Shown one piece after another: positions 1 through 9,587 of a DNA stretch of 37,659 nucleotides. A model generated the notes under the pieces. The model was not told the origin of the DNA and made no database searches. It saw nothing but the letters and a program-made list of their open reading frames with translations. The stretch lies in IMG/VR virus record IMGVR_UViG_3300012668_000271, one strand, 5' to 3'. This DNA comes from a virus. The position numbers and the translations under genes are program-made. Each line of letters opens with the position of its first letter. Positions within the stretch are counted from its first letter, which is position 1.

Positions 1-77
1 CTGCCGAATTGATTTGACCTGCTTGACTCAAAATTCACCTATGTTTGTATGATAAATTGAGAAACTAAATAGACTAA
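1..77. repeat. terminal direct repeat copy 1 (overlap of a circular or circularly permuted genome)
   Basis: nt 1-77 read base by base are identical to nt 37583-37659. The unique length is therefore 37582 bp. nt 1-31 duplicate the 5' end of the CDS that starts at 37613. Confidence 0.95.
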
Positions 78-371
78 ACCAACACCTGCAACTCCTTTAA
101 CCATCACCTGTGTTCCTTGTGGTAATGATTGGGAAGAAGAATTAAAGCCGGCTTTAGTTTCATCATATAGCCAGTATGAATTGGCAGGAGCAACATCCAT
201 ATCATTTATTCCATCTATAGATATAGTAACGAGAACATTTGAAGTATTTACTAATTTTACAATATATCCAGGATTAAGTAGTGGTATTCCTAGATTTTGA
301 TATAAACCTGTAAAAGTAGCTGAATTAATACTTCTAAGATTCTCCCAAGAAATTCTTTGTGTATATGACAT
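39..371 (-). CDS. hypothetical virion/fibre-associated protein (110 aa)
   Basis: ATG at 371 preceded by AGGAAT. Lies between two fibre-type genes on the same strand. Its stop overlaps the AGGTG RBS of the next gene across the circular junction. Confidence 0.6.
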   Translation of the reverse strand: MSYTQRISWENLRSINSATFTGLYQNLGIPLLNPGYIVKLVNTSNVLVTISIDGINDMDVAPANSYWLYDETKAGFNSSSQSLPQGTQVMVKGVAGVGLVYLVSQFIIQT

Positions 372-389
372 AAATTAATTCCTAAAATC

Positions 390-2129
390 TTAGTTTGTTA
401 TTTCCCAACCAATTACTGAAACATCAGAAGCTTGTAAGACAGTAGCATTTGCAGGAGTCCAAGAATTTATAACAAAACTTGTTCCGTTTACAATTGTACC
501 AACACTTATTTCACCTAATGCTGCAGCTCCTGTTGCACCAACAGATTGTCTCCATATCATGATTAGAGAATTTGTGGTAACGGAAGTTGTAGAAATTGTA
601 GCTGTACCGCCAACTAAAACAACTGTTCCCATACTATTCGCACCAGCTGCTATTGTTGTAGCTACACTTGTACGGTTGATCTTATTTCCAGCTGCAACTA
701 ATACTAAATTACCATTTGTAGCAGTAATATTTCCTAAGGTAGCAGTCAATGAAGTAGAAGCAGTCAATGATCCAGTAACTGCAGTATTACCAGTTGCGTT
801 ACCAATATTCACAACGCCTGTACCACCAGTTCCAATTGTCGTTACTGCAGCACCTGATGCGTTAATCAAGGTAGTCCCAACTTGTGTTAATGCAGCAAGT
901 GTGGATAATCCAGTTACACCTAAGGTTGTACTAATAGTTAAAGCACCTGTCAAAGCTGTATTACCTGTTGCGTTACCAATATTTAAAGCACCAGTACCAC
1001 CAGTTGAAATATTAGTAACTGCTGCACCTGACGCATTTATATTTGAAGTACCGACTTGAGTAAGAGCTGCTAAGGTCGTTGTTCCTGTCACACCCAATGT
1101 TGTACTGATGGTTAGAGCACCAGTTAAGATAGTATTACCTGTTGCATTACCGAGAGCTAAAGTTCCTGTTCCACCTGTTGCGATTGTAGTCGCAGCTGCA
1201 CCTGATGCATTTATGTTAGCTATTCCAACCTGAGTTAGAGCTGCTAAGGTAGCCAATCCTGTAATACCTACAGTTGTACTAAATGTAGCCGAAGAAAATG
1301 AAGCTAATCCAGTCACTCCGAGTGTTGTACTGAAAGTACCAGAGGAGAAGGTTGAAGCACCAGTTACTCCAAGCGTGGTAGAGAATGTTCCAGAAGTTGC
1401 AGAAAGTGCAGCTATTGTTGAAGCACCGGTAACACCTAGTGTTCCACTGAAAGTACCATTACTAGCATTTACAACACCTAAAGTTGTTACACCTGTAACA
1501 CCCAATGTACTTGAGAATGTTCCGGTCGTTGCGCTTAATGCTGCTAATGTTGAAGCACCAGTAACGCCTAAAGTTGTACCAACTGTTAATGAAGTTGATA
1601 ATGCTGTTGCCCCAGTTGCTGATAATGTTGTCGCTGCAACAGGACGAGGGGTTATGCTACCAAATCCACCAACAGGAGGAGCTGCAAATACAGCTGCAAT
1701 GTTGCTTGGTTGTAAAGCTGTATTTGGATTTGGTGAAGTTCCAAGCACCGCATTAGCATCAGTTTGAAGAAATACGTATCCTTGTTGAGCTACTGTTGCT
1801 GGAACACCTGCTCCTGCAACAACACTTGCAATAACTGTAGCAATATCGTTTGTTAAAGAAAGAAAGGAACCGGCTGGGGCTGTTCCAGTCTGTAGTTGAG
1901 CTAAAGTTGAAAGTTGAACAGTACCAAATGTTGCTGCTGTTGCCGGTGCGCCACCTGCTGCGTTCCAAGTTTGACTATTAAAAATGTATTCAGTAGGAGG
2001 AGTTGTAGAAGTATCAAAATATTGAGCACCTAAAGCTGGTTTAAAACTTGGTGAAGGTGCGCCGAAACCTGTAATTGCTTTTGGAGACACACTTATGAGT
2101 CCCCCGATTCCATAGCAGAGACCGCTCAT
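390..2129 (-). CDS. tail fibre protein with tandem repeats (579 aa)
   Basis: Thr/Gly/Ala/Ser-rich ORF. Three 58-aa tandem repeats (LAALTQVG...TLGVTG) plus about 22-aa TLGVTGxST repeats, followed by a non-repetitive C-terminal domain. Confidence 0.75.
   Translation of the reverse strand: MSGLCYGIGGLISVSPKAITGFGAPSPSFKPALGAQYFDTSTTPPTEYIFNSQTWNAAGGAPATAATFGTVQLSTLAQLQTGTAPAGSFLSLTNDIATVIASVVAGAGVPATVAQQGYVFLQTDANAVLGTSPNPNTALQPSNIAAVFAAPPVGGFGSITPRPVAATTLSATGATALSTSLTVGTTLGVTGASTLAALSATTGTFSSTLGVTGVTTLGVVNASNGTFSGTLGVTGASTIAALSATSGTFSTTLGVTGASTFSSGTFSTTLGVTGLASFSSATFSTTVGITGLATLAALTQVGIANINASGAAATTIATGGTGTLALGNATGNTILTGALTISTTLGVTGTTTLAALTQVGTSNINASGAAVTNISTGGTGALNIGNATGNTALTGALTISTTLGVTGLSTLAALTQVGTTLINASGAAVTTIGTGGTGVVNIGNATGNTAVTGSLTASTSLTATLGNITATNGNLVLVAAGNKINRTSVATTIAAGANSMGTVVLVGGTATISTTSVTTNSLIMIWRQSVGATGAAALGEISVGTIVNGTSFVINSWTPANATVLQASDVSVIGWEITN
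726..1247. repeat. three tandem 174-bp coding repeats inside the fibre gene
   Basis: The block gc(a/t)gcacctga(t/c)gc recurs at about 850, 1024 and 1198 (period 174 nt). It corresponds to aa 295-352, 353-410 and 411-468 of the fibre protein. Confidence 0.85.
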
Positions 2130-2235
2130 AGTAAAATCCTTTGTACTTACCCATTAGGGTGTTTATGATGTTATATATTAAATTTAAAACTTTAAATGAA
2201 TACTTACAATAAAATTCTTTAATTAGTAATCAATA

Positions 2236-2264
2236 TTGACCATAATTAACGAATATGTTATATT
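2236..2264 (+). promoter_or_regulatory. sigma70-like promoter TTGACC-17-TATATT
   Basis: TTGACC at 2236-2241, a 17-nt spacer, TATATT at 2259-2264. ATG codons follow at 2265 and 2271, and no Shine-Dalgarno sequence is present. Confidence 0.55.
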
Positions 2265-2516
2265 ATGCTCATGGAAGAGATTGAAAAAACATATTTATCA
2301 GTTAACGATTTTGCTAAAAAATTAGGAAAGCATCCTTCAAGTATTCGAAGGGCAATAAAAAGCAATCGTATTAATGCTATAAGAATTGGTCACGGAAAAA
2401 AGGCAAGTTATAGCATACCTGTAAGTGAACTTCACCGAATAGGTGTAGTAGATCTTGAAGACATGATTAATATTATGGTTGAAAAAAAACTAAAAGAAAA
2501 AAACCAAAATGTCTGA
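2265..2516 (+). CDS. excisionase/MerR-type HTH (HTH_17-like) DNA-binding protein
   Basis: LSVNDFAKKLGKHPSSIRRAIKSNRINAIRIG fits the excisionase-family HTH pattern. The real start is probably ATG 2271, 6 nt after the -10 hexamer (leaderless). Confidence 0.7.
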   Translation: MLMEEIEKTYLSVNDFAKKLGKHPSSIRRAIKSNRINAIRIGHGKKASYSIPVSELHRIGVVDLEDMINIMVEKKLKEKNQNV

Positions 2517-2621
2517 TAAATTTTTTGTATTTAAGGAATTAAGTTACAAAGAAAGAAGATTGATGAATTTATAATTTTACTTAGAAAAAGATGGAAGCAT
2601 ATTTAAAAAAGGAAAGTATTA

Positions 2622-2756
2622 ATGAGCATATACCGATGCAAAAAATGCGATTGCACATGCGACGCAAATTATGACGGATGCAATGCGCATCCTAATGAGA
2701 CATTTGGAAATGTGTGTGATAAGTGTGACGAATTAATTTCAGAGGAGGAAAAATAA
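2622..2756 (+). CDS. small Cys-rich protein (44 aa), candidate
   Basis: AAGGAAAG RBS before the ATG. Product is MSIYRCKKCDCTCDANYDGCNAHPNETFGNVCDKCDELISEEEK. Its stop overlaps the next ATG (TAATG). Below the ORF-track size cutoff. Confidence 0.35.
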   Translation: MSIYRCKKCDCTCDANYDGCNAHPNETFGNVCDKCDELISEEEK

Positions 2757-2836
2757 TGAGTTGGCTAATGATATTTGCTATATGGTTTGGGTTGGCTATT
2801 TTTTTTCCCCCAAGTCCACCCGTTGAACCTTTTTAA
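2756..2836 (+). CDS. 26-aa hydrophobic peptide, candidate
   Basis: GAGGAGG sits 7 nt upstream of the ATG. Product is MSWLMIFAIWFGLAIFFPPSPPVEPF, a single membrane-span-like segment. Confidence 0.3.
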   Translation: MSWLMIFAIWFGLAIFFPPSPPVEPF

Positions 2837-2844
2837 AATTAATT

Positions 2845-4131
2845 TCATTCTTTTAGATTTTCATCAAGAGCTTTTAAATTTTTTGTAGCTTCTGGAACGT
2901 TACCTAAAGCTGCTTCTTTTAAAATTCCTGAATAATATTTTGACAATGTCGGGCTATTTTTTATTCTATGAAGAACTTTAAAGCCTTGATATGCTGAATA
3001 ACCCGCAGCTGCGCCAGCCGCTCCAACAGGACTTAATTTTGTAGCTGCTACTATTGCAGCGGTAGGAGCATATGAAAATAAAGATTGAACAGCTTTGCTT
3101 TTTGGTGCGTATGGAATTTTATTATGCAAAAAATTAGCTATCACATTACTTTTTGCATAAGCTGCATAACCTTCGTTTGCATCATGCCAATTCTTTAAAA
3201 ATTCAGGATTAAATTTTTCTCCATATTGATTTAATGTTTTTATCACTTCTGATTTCACATCATTTAAATTTTTTATCGCTTTTGGAGCAAGTTTCATTGG
3301 AACTTCTGCGTTAAACCCACCCAATTCTGTTATCGCTTCATTGATAGATGGTCTATAGGCAACAAGACGTTTAACATCTACTTTTCCATTTTTAATTTCA
3401 TTTTTAATTTCGATGATTTTTTCTAAAGATTTTTTGGTAGTTGGTCGAGATCCACCAGCTGTTAAAGTATTTTCAAGTTTATTGAGAGATCTTTCGAGCT
3501 CAGTTGCTTTTATGGAAACGCCATTTGGAAGTGATTTTTCTGCTTTATCGTATAAAGAATTTAAATGAGATTTAACACCACCAGATCTACGTGAAATTAA
3601 ATCTAAAGCAACCATTGCCCCTACTTTTCCATATGCTTGATTTTTTTCATCTGCATTCGAATATTTTAATCCTTCTTTAACTAAGTTAGAAACAATAGGA
3701 ATTCCAATATTTCTTGCCAATTTATAATGACCACCTCCAGGAAAAGCCATTGATCCAATATCAGAAGCTAGTTCATCTATATTTTCTTCAAATTCATTTT
3801 TAGGTTTTGTATAACCTTGACTTGCTTCTTGACTAAATTCTTTGAGTTTTTGTGATGTTGGTAATACATTTTGTTCTTTTCCAAATAATCCTGCTCCAAA
3901 TGAAGCTATATCACCTGGAACACCTAAAGTTCCTTCTAAAACCCTACTCAGGAATCTTGATTGATGTCTTTCGTATTCTTTTTCTTCCTCTTCTTCGGAA
4001 GGAAATTCTTGATTATTTTGTATTTGTTTTTTTGGTTTTAAAGTGGAAGGAAAGCTTGATTGAGAAAAAGATTGGGATGTTTGATTTTGTTCAGGAGCTT
4101 TTTTTAACTTTAATGACGATGGCATTGTCAT
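2845..4131 (-). CDS. virion internal/ejection-type protein (428 aa), function unassigned
   Basis: Long ORF whose start overlaps the upstream gene stop by 4 nt (4128-4131). Last gene of the leftward structural operon. No catalytic motif recognised. Confidence 0.6.
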   Translation of the reverse strand: MTMPSSLKLKKAPEQNQTSQSFSQSSFPSTLKPKKQIQNNQEFPSEEEEEKEYERHQSRFLSRVLEGTLGVPGDIASFGAGLFGKEQNVLPTSQKLKEFSQEASQGYTKPKNEFEENIDELASDIGSMAFPGGGHYKLARNIGIPIVSNLVKEGLKYSNADEKNQAYGKVGAMVALDLISRRSGGVKSHLNSLYDKAEKSLPNGVSIKATELERSLNKLENTLTAGGSRPTTKKSLEKIIEIKNEIKNGKVDVKRLVAYRPSINEAITELGGFNAEVPMKLAPKAIKNLNDVKSEVIKTLNQYGEKFNPEFLKNWHDANEGYAAYAKSNVIANFLHNKIPYAPKSKAVQSLFSYAPTAAIVAATKLSPVGAAGAAAGYSAYQGFKVLHRIKNSPTLSKYYSGILKEAALGNVPEATKNLKALDENLKE

Positions 4132-5372
4132 GAAACTAACCTAAAGCCTTCTGGAAGTTCTTCAACTTCACTTTGATCTAATTCATAAGTTTGACCATCT
4201 GGTCCTATAACATCAATCATTTTTCCTGATAATTTCTTTGGTTCAGATTGATTTTCTAGTCCAAGAAATTCATCTTCTAATCTTTTTGTTTCATCTGAAA
4301 TTAATTCTGAAGCAATTTTATCAGCTTCTTCTTGAGCAACACCATCAAGTCCATATTTTTTATAAACTTGATCTAATGCTTGATCATAAAGATCGTCTAG
4401 AGAATAATTTATATCCATCATTCTTAGAATTTTCGATCTACCTTCTTGTGTATTTAAAAGGCCTGGAAATTGTTGCATGTATGATTGGAGATCAAAATTA
4501 GTGACTCTAGAACCAAATGTATCCTTAGCTCTAGTTTGAAATCTCGAAATGACTTTAGACCATTCTTGTGCTTGAGGGGATTTAAATCCTGCTACTTGTG
4601 CTGGTCCATAAAAATCATTCGTTTCAGGATTGATAAGCATTCTCTCAATTCCGTCAGGCATCTTACTATTTAATTGTGTTAATTTTTTAGTAGATAAAAC
4701 ATCCTGTTTTCTATTCTTTAACTTTTTCTTATTTTCTGTAAAAACAGGCACGTTTTCTTTTCTCCAATCTTTTCTAGTATCAGCCCATTCTTTAGGTGTA
4801 TATCCAGAAGGTCGATGAGAAAAATTAGGCCATTTGTAATCAGAAGAGATTTTATTATTTTTCATTTGAGGTTTGTTAGATTGATCGGTTTCTCCGAAAT
4901 CATTATGATCAGGAATTTGATTTTCTTGAGGATTTACTCCTGATAAAACTTCTTCTAAATTAATTCCTCTTTGGGAAGCATCGATCGCATGTTTTAATAA
5001 TTCAGTCCTTCCACCAACCGGCGATGATCTCCAAACATTTGCAAACTTTTCACCAAAATTATCTTTTATAATATTGAAATCTCTAGTTTCTATTTCATGA
5101 TTTCCTGATAATTCCGAAGCTTTATTTCTTTGTTGGATATTTCCTTCAAGCATCTTTTGTTGAAATTCTTTTGGCATATCCCTGGATTCTGGACCTAAAT
5201 ATTTTTCAATAGCTTGCTGTTGTTGCTGTTGTTTTTGATTTTCTTTCTCTTTATCTTGAAATTGCTGGTATTTATCTAAACCAGTCATTGCAGTCTGAAC
5301 ACTTTGTTGCATGCCAGAATTTATCCTCTCTGAAAAGGTTGGTTTTCTGTTTTCTTGTAGTAATGGTAACAT
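4128..5372 (-). CDS. virion internal/ejection-type protein (414 aa), function unassigned
   Basis: Long ORF in the same-strand operon with a Gln-rich N-terminus. Tightly packed with its neighbours. Confidence 0.6.
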   Translation of the reverse strand: MLPLLQENRKPTFSERINSGMQQSVQTAMTGLDKYQQFQDKEKENQKQQQQQQAIEKYLGPESRDMPKEFQQKMLEGNIQQRNKASELSGNHEIETRDFNIIKDNFGEKFANVWRSSPVGGRTELLKHAIDASQRGINLEEVLSGVNPQENQIPDHNDFGETDQSNKPQMKNNKISSDYKWPNFSHRPSGYTPKEWADTRKDWRKENVPVFTENKKKLKNRKQDVLSTKKLTQLNSKMPDGIERMLINPETNDFYGPAQVAGFKSPQAQEWSKVISRFQTRAKDTFGSRVTNFDLQSYMQQFPGLLNTQEGRSKILRMMDINYSLDDLYDQALDQVYKKYGLDGVAQEEADKIASELISDETKRLEDEFLGLENQSEPKKLSGKMIDVIGPDGQTYELDQSEVEELPEGFRLVS

Positions 5373-5381
5373 ATTATTCTC

Positions 5382-6164
5382 CTATCCGATTGAATTTCCG
5401 AAAGTTCCTAAACCACCCATATTGGTAGCTGAGTAGCTAGATCCTCCACCCATTCCACCCCATGAGCTTCCTCCACCCATTCCACCCATTCCACCACCGC
5501 CTCCATTATTACCACCCAAACCACCTAAAGATGAAAAGTTAGGCATACTGACTTGATTATTTCCACCACCCTTACCAGATAATCCAGAACCCATATTGTA
5601 ACCCATACCAGCGCCAGATATTGCACCCATTGGACCTCCTGCAAGAAATCCTCCAACACCACCTATTGCGCCACCTGCTAAACCACCCCAGTTAAAGCCT
5701 TCTTTCTGTTGTTTCTGCATGATGCCTTGGTCATAAGGTTTTTGCCCAAGCAATTGATTACTCATGCCCATAAGATCATTTATAGCCTGTCTCTGGAGCG
5801 TCTGTCTTCTTCCTGCTAGATCTTGAGCAAAATCAGAACTGGCTTGATTAGCTGAATTTTGGAATCCACTGCTTTTTCTTGAACCCGTTCCACCCATTCC
5901 ACTAAACCTTGAACCCATTTGACCTTGCATTTGAGAAAATTGTCTCATTGCAGGTTCTTCCATCTGATCAAATTGAGATTGATCGCCACTTGCTAATTTA
6001 GATAAATAACTTTCAGGTCCTACATGCGAAAAAGCCTGTTTAAATAAACCCATTTGCTCAGGTGTATAATTCTGCATTTGATATTGGCGGTATCCAGAAG
6101 GTAATTTATTACCAGCTTTTCCGTTAGGGCCCATCACGCCCGCACTTCCCATCATAGAATTCAT
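5382..6164 (-). CDS. Gly/Met-rich virion protein with a glycine-zipper segment (260 aa)
   Basis: GGLAGGAIGGVGGFLAGGPMGAISGAGMG followed by GGMGGMGGGSSWGGMGGG low-complexity sequence. Located among ejection-type genes. Confidence 0.6.
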   Translation of the reverse strand: MNSMMGSAGVMGPNGKAGNKLPSGYRQYQMQNYTPEQMGLFKQAFSHVGPESYLSKLASGDQSQFDQMEEPAMRQFSQMQGQMGSRFSGMGGTGSRKSSGFQNSANQASSDFAQDLAGRRQTLQRQAINDLMGMSNQLLGQKPYDQGIMQKQQKEGFNWGGLAGGAIGGVGGFLAGGPMGAISGAGMGYNMGSGLSGKGGGNNQVSMPNFSSLGGLGGNNGGGGGMGGMGGGSSWGGMGGGSSYSATNMGGLGTFGNSIG

Positions 6165-6174
6165 TTAAACCCCC

Positions 6175-6636
6175 TTAAGGCAAACTAAGCCATTCCAAAA
6201 CAATTTGTGCTTTAACGATTGTTGCAGCACCAACAAAAACGATATTAGTCGAAGTCAAATAAAAAGTTAACTGTCCGGCGATTCCTGCGCTATTGGAGAA
6301 AATAATTCCATTCCAGTTAGTGCCATCATAATAAACTCCCCAACATCGTGAGAAGTTGTAGATATTGCTAGTGCTTATATTATGTGGGATGCTCGCCGTA
6401 GTAGTAAAGACATATGCCTGTCTAAAAGTTTGCTGCTTTTGATTATTGACTAAGTACCATGCCTCACCTGTGATGGCTGGTCTTGTAGTTGGAAATATAC
6501 CGATTATCCTAGCATTTACAACATTGGCTGTATCTATATACGCTTTGCTAAGTTCAGTTGATAATTGCTTGGCATCTTCTGGAAAATCTCTTGATGTTCT
6601 GAGATAAGGTATTTGATTAACAATATTTGAACTCAT
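6175..6636 (-). CDS. hypothetical virion protein (153 aa)
   Basis: ORF whose start overlaps the upstream 984-aa gene by 4 nt (6633-6636). Confidence 0.6.
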   Translation of the reverse strand: MSSNIVNQIPYLRTSRDFPEDAKQLSTELSKAYIDTANVVNARIIGIFPTTRPAITGEAWYLVNNQKQQTFRQAYVFTTTASIPHNISTSNIYNFSRCWGVYYDGTNWNGIIFSNSAGIAGQLTFYLTSTNIVFVGAATIVKAQIVLEWLSLP

Positions 6637-9587
6637 GCCAAAACCATTGAAGGAGATACATCTAAAATAAATCCATGTAGTTCAATTTCTGAAAAAGCAT
6701 TTATTGCTGATTCTTGCATCAGAATGCCACCTGAAATATAAGGTGTAAAAGAAATGGAATTAACTCCTATCGTTACAGTAGTAGCATCGGATGCAATCAC
6801 ATTATAAACATTATTATTAAGTTGTGTCATACCTAAAACACCTTGAATAATGATAAGACTTCCATTCGGTAAAAGACCTTGTGAAGCACATGTAAGTATA
6901 CAATTAGTAGAATTACTTGCATTAGTAATAATAAAAGAAACACCATTTGTTTCTAAATCCCTAACCTGAGCATCTGACATCGTAAAGCCTAGTTGAACAG
7001 TATCACCAATTAATGAAGTATTAACTCTATGCCATATTTGAGACTGTGTATTTGCTGTTACAGACTGTATGTTAATGTTAGAAGGCGTTAATCCTAAATT
7101 AGTACTTTCAGGACATGTGTAAAGAACTGAGCTGTATATTAAAGAATTATTTAAAGATACAGCACTTGGTACAATAGTGCCAATATTATAAGGATTATTT
7201 GCATCTTGACTGAGATATATTTGTAAAGTTATCTGTGAATTAGGTGTAGAACTTAAAAGATACATCTGAGGACCAATTCTAGTCTTTCTTGCACTATCCC
7301 AACCTAAAGGGAATTGTTTTGTCTGAATAAATGGCACATAAATACGCGTGATAACTCCACCACCAAAATAAGTTCCTGTTGTAGGTACAACAGGTGCAAT
7401 CAATGTAAATGTATTTGCATTTGGTATACCGACTTGAAAAATATAACCATTTACCTGACCTGACAGTGTACCCTGTACATCTGTTATGATTATATAATCA
7501 CCTTCATTCAAACTATGGTTAGGGCTTGTCACTAGATTTGCAACAATGTTTTGAATTGCTATGGAAGTTCCTTCACCTGTTCCTATGCCTTTTATTAAAA
7601 CAAAACCTTGTTGATTTCCACCAATTATTTGTGGTTGTAATAAACTTGATTCTCCAGCATTCCAAGGATCATTCCATGCATTCCAAGTTGGATAAGTAAG
7701 TCCTACAGTATTCCATGTAAACCCTGTCTGTCTTTTGAATTGACCATAGGTAGTATAACTTTCTCTGAATATCGCCCAAGATTGATCTCTGTAATTATAT
7801 TGTAACGTTTGGTCTGGGAATGTATAAAAATCTTCATTGACAGGGTATGTGAAATAAATCCATTCATTTATATAATCTCGTTGCGCACAGACTCTTTCAA
7901 CGCCATTATTGGTTAAAGACATCTCAAACACTTCATCAGGTATATCTAAATCGAATCTAGAAGCAGAGGTTTGATTAGTCATAATAAATCCTCGATCTCC
8001 TCTTGTGAGGACACCTTCATTCATGACTATTCCTGAGAATGTGCTACTAGATCCTAATTCAGAATTTATAATATAGAAATTGAATGGGACGATGTCATCA
8101 CCGGTATAAACCATTTTAGCTTCTGCATTTCTAAAACCTAAAATAATGACGTCTTGGTTTGGATATGCAGTATTAATCGGTTGATCAATACCTACTGTTT
8201 GAAAACCTCCAAATCCAGTTGAATCTTCGAAAAAAGCTGATGGAGTTGCAGTTTGATTTACCGGTACAAGTAAAGGTGTTACTGTGGCAATTCTAGGGTC
8301 ATTTCCCGTACTTGTGTACGAACCTGTGTAGTAAGGCGTTCCATTTTGACTATAAATGACTGTATCTTGCAAATAAATTGGGTTACTAGATGATGATTGG
8401 ATCACCACACCGATAAAAACAAGCCGATCTTTAAAAGGTATAATCATTCGAGCACTAACTAAATAATAAATAGCAGGAGGCAAATCAGATATAGAAAATG
8501 CTTGTTGACTAAGTGGTGGCATGAAATTAACCCAACCGAATCCAGGCGAAAATCCAGGAGCCAAAGCACTTCCATTAGTAGGATCACCATCATACCAGCG
8601 AATGCAATCTTTGGTCTTATCTGATCTATTAGTTAAATATTGAGCTATTCCGTTACTAGTGTAGACTCCGCTCAATGTTGCATTTGGAAATTCTACAGTG
8701 ACGGTATTTGCATCAACAACAACAGTTACATAACCGGTTTGAAAATTAATTCCATTAATTCCTTTGACCTCATTTACAAATATAAAATCACCGACCACAA
8801 GTCCATGACCAGTAATTGTTAAATTTGTAATTGCAGGAGGACCACCAATACCCGTTATTGCTGTTATCGGTTTAAATTGCATACCTATATTTGTGATATT
8901 GAATGGAATATTTATACCATTCGTAACCCAAAAAGCTCCTTGAAAATTGGTCGACCAGAATTGCTGATAATTTTGACCATTCCAGGAAATTGTTGTCCAA
9001 GTTGATTTTTGAACATATCCGGGATATCCAACTGTAGCTGTTGCTATATTTTTATAAAAACTAACATCATAAGCTGAATAAGGTGTTGATGTGAGAATAT
9101 TATAAGCATATGTCGTATCAAAAGCTATAGTACTTGAGAATGAACCGGAAGTTGTGACATCTTCTTCAAGACCCATAACCGGCAGAGTAGGGTAATAAAA
9201 CACATTGGTTAATGCTACAGATCCTAAAATAATTAATACACCTGTTGATCTATTTAATACACCAGTTCCACTTAAACTATTAGTTAAAAGATTAACTGGA
9301 TTTGCTCCGCCTTGATCAATAAAAATATCTGTTCCAATAGTGAATGTGGATATACCGGAAATGATCGGTTGGGGGCTTATTGTAACTGTGAGATTACCTG
9401 AGACATCTGTAGTACCAAGAAAACGCTGTAAACGACATAATAATTGAGTTCCGCGCTTTCGTTTTATTCGTCCACGCCATTGATAAGAATTAATTAAAAC
9501 AGGAAAAGAATCATTGTCTATATTAAATGGAAGTCTATCATTTTTTAGACCTTTATCAATAGGTCCTACAGTAAGTTTTTGTCCCAT
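6633..9587 (-). CDS. large tail/baseplate-type virion protein (984 aa)
   Basis: Largest ORF in the window. Contains three copies of a G(D)xVxI...NG.Y.V...TF module. Single-nt overlap with the upstream gene at 9587. Confidence 0.65.
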   Translation of the reverse strand: MGQKLTVGPIDKGLKNDRLPFNIDNDSFPVLINSYQWRGRIKRKRGTQLLCRLQRFLGTTDVSGNLTVTISPQPIISGISTFTIGTDIFIDQGGANPVNLLTNSLSGTGVLNRSTGVLIILGSVALTNVFYYPTLPVMGLEEDVTTSGSFSSTIAFDTTYAYNILTSTPYSAYDVSFYKNIATATVGYPGYVQKSTWTTISWNGQNYQQFWSTNFQGAFWVTNGINIPFNITNIGMQFKPITAITGIGGPPAITNLTITGHGLVVGDFIFVNEVKGINGINFQTGYVTVVVDANTVTVEFPNATLSGVYTSNGIAQYLTNRSDKTKDCIRWYDGDPTNGSALAPGFSPGFGWVNFMPPLSQQAFSISDLPPAIYYLVSARMIIPFKDRLVFIGVVIQSSSSNPIYLQDTVIYSQNGTPYYTGSYTSTGNDPRIATVTPLLVPVNQTATPSAFFEDSTGFGGFQTVGIDQPINTAYPNQDVIILGFRNAEAKMVYTGDDIVPFNFYIINSELGSSSTFSGIVMNEGVLTRGDRGFIMTNQTSASRFDLDIPDEVFEMSLTNNGVERVCAQRDYINEWIYFTYPVNEDFYTFPDQTLQYNYRDQSWAIFRESYTTYGQFKRQTGFTWNTVGLTYPTWNAWNDPWNAGESSLLQPQIIGGNQQGFVLIKGIGTGEGTSIAIQNIVANLVTSPNHSLNEGDYIIITDVQGTLSGQVNGYIFQVGIPNANTFTLIAPVVPTTGTYFGGGVITRIYVPFIQTKQFPLGWDSARKTRIGPQMYLLSSTPNSQITLQIYLSQDANNPYNIGTIVPSAVSLNNSLIYSSVLYTCPESTNLGLTPSNINIQSVTANTQSQIWHRVNTSLIGDTVQLGFTMSDAQVRDLETNGVSFIITNASNSTNCILTCASQGLLPNGSLIIIQGVLGMTQLNNNVYNVIASDATTVTIGVNSISFTPYISGGILMQESAINAFSEIELHGFILDVSPSMVLA

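Noticed and set aside
559-1968. Plus-strand ORFs of 60-166 aa (559..1059, 1375..1767, 1574..1756) and the minus-strand ORF 1759..1968, all overlapping the fibre gene
   Set aside because: They lie antisense to or out of frame with the repeat-rich fibre CDS. They are Val/Pro/Ala-rich mirror images of its codon bias, and they have no RBS and no recognisable motif.
3852-4818. Plus-strand ORFs of 62-93 aa inside the ejection-protein genes
   Set aside because: They are antisense to long co-linear minus-strand CDSs. Their Leu/Phe/Ile-rich translations are typical of AT-rich shadow frames.
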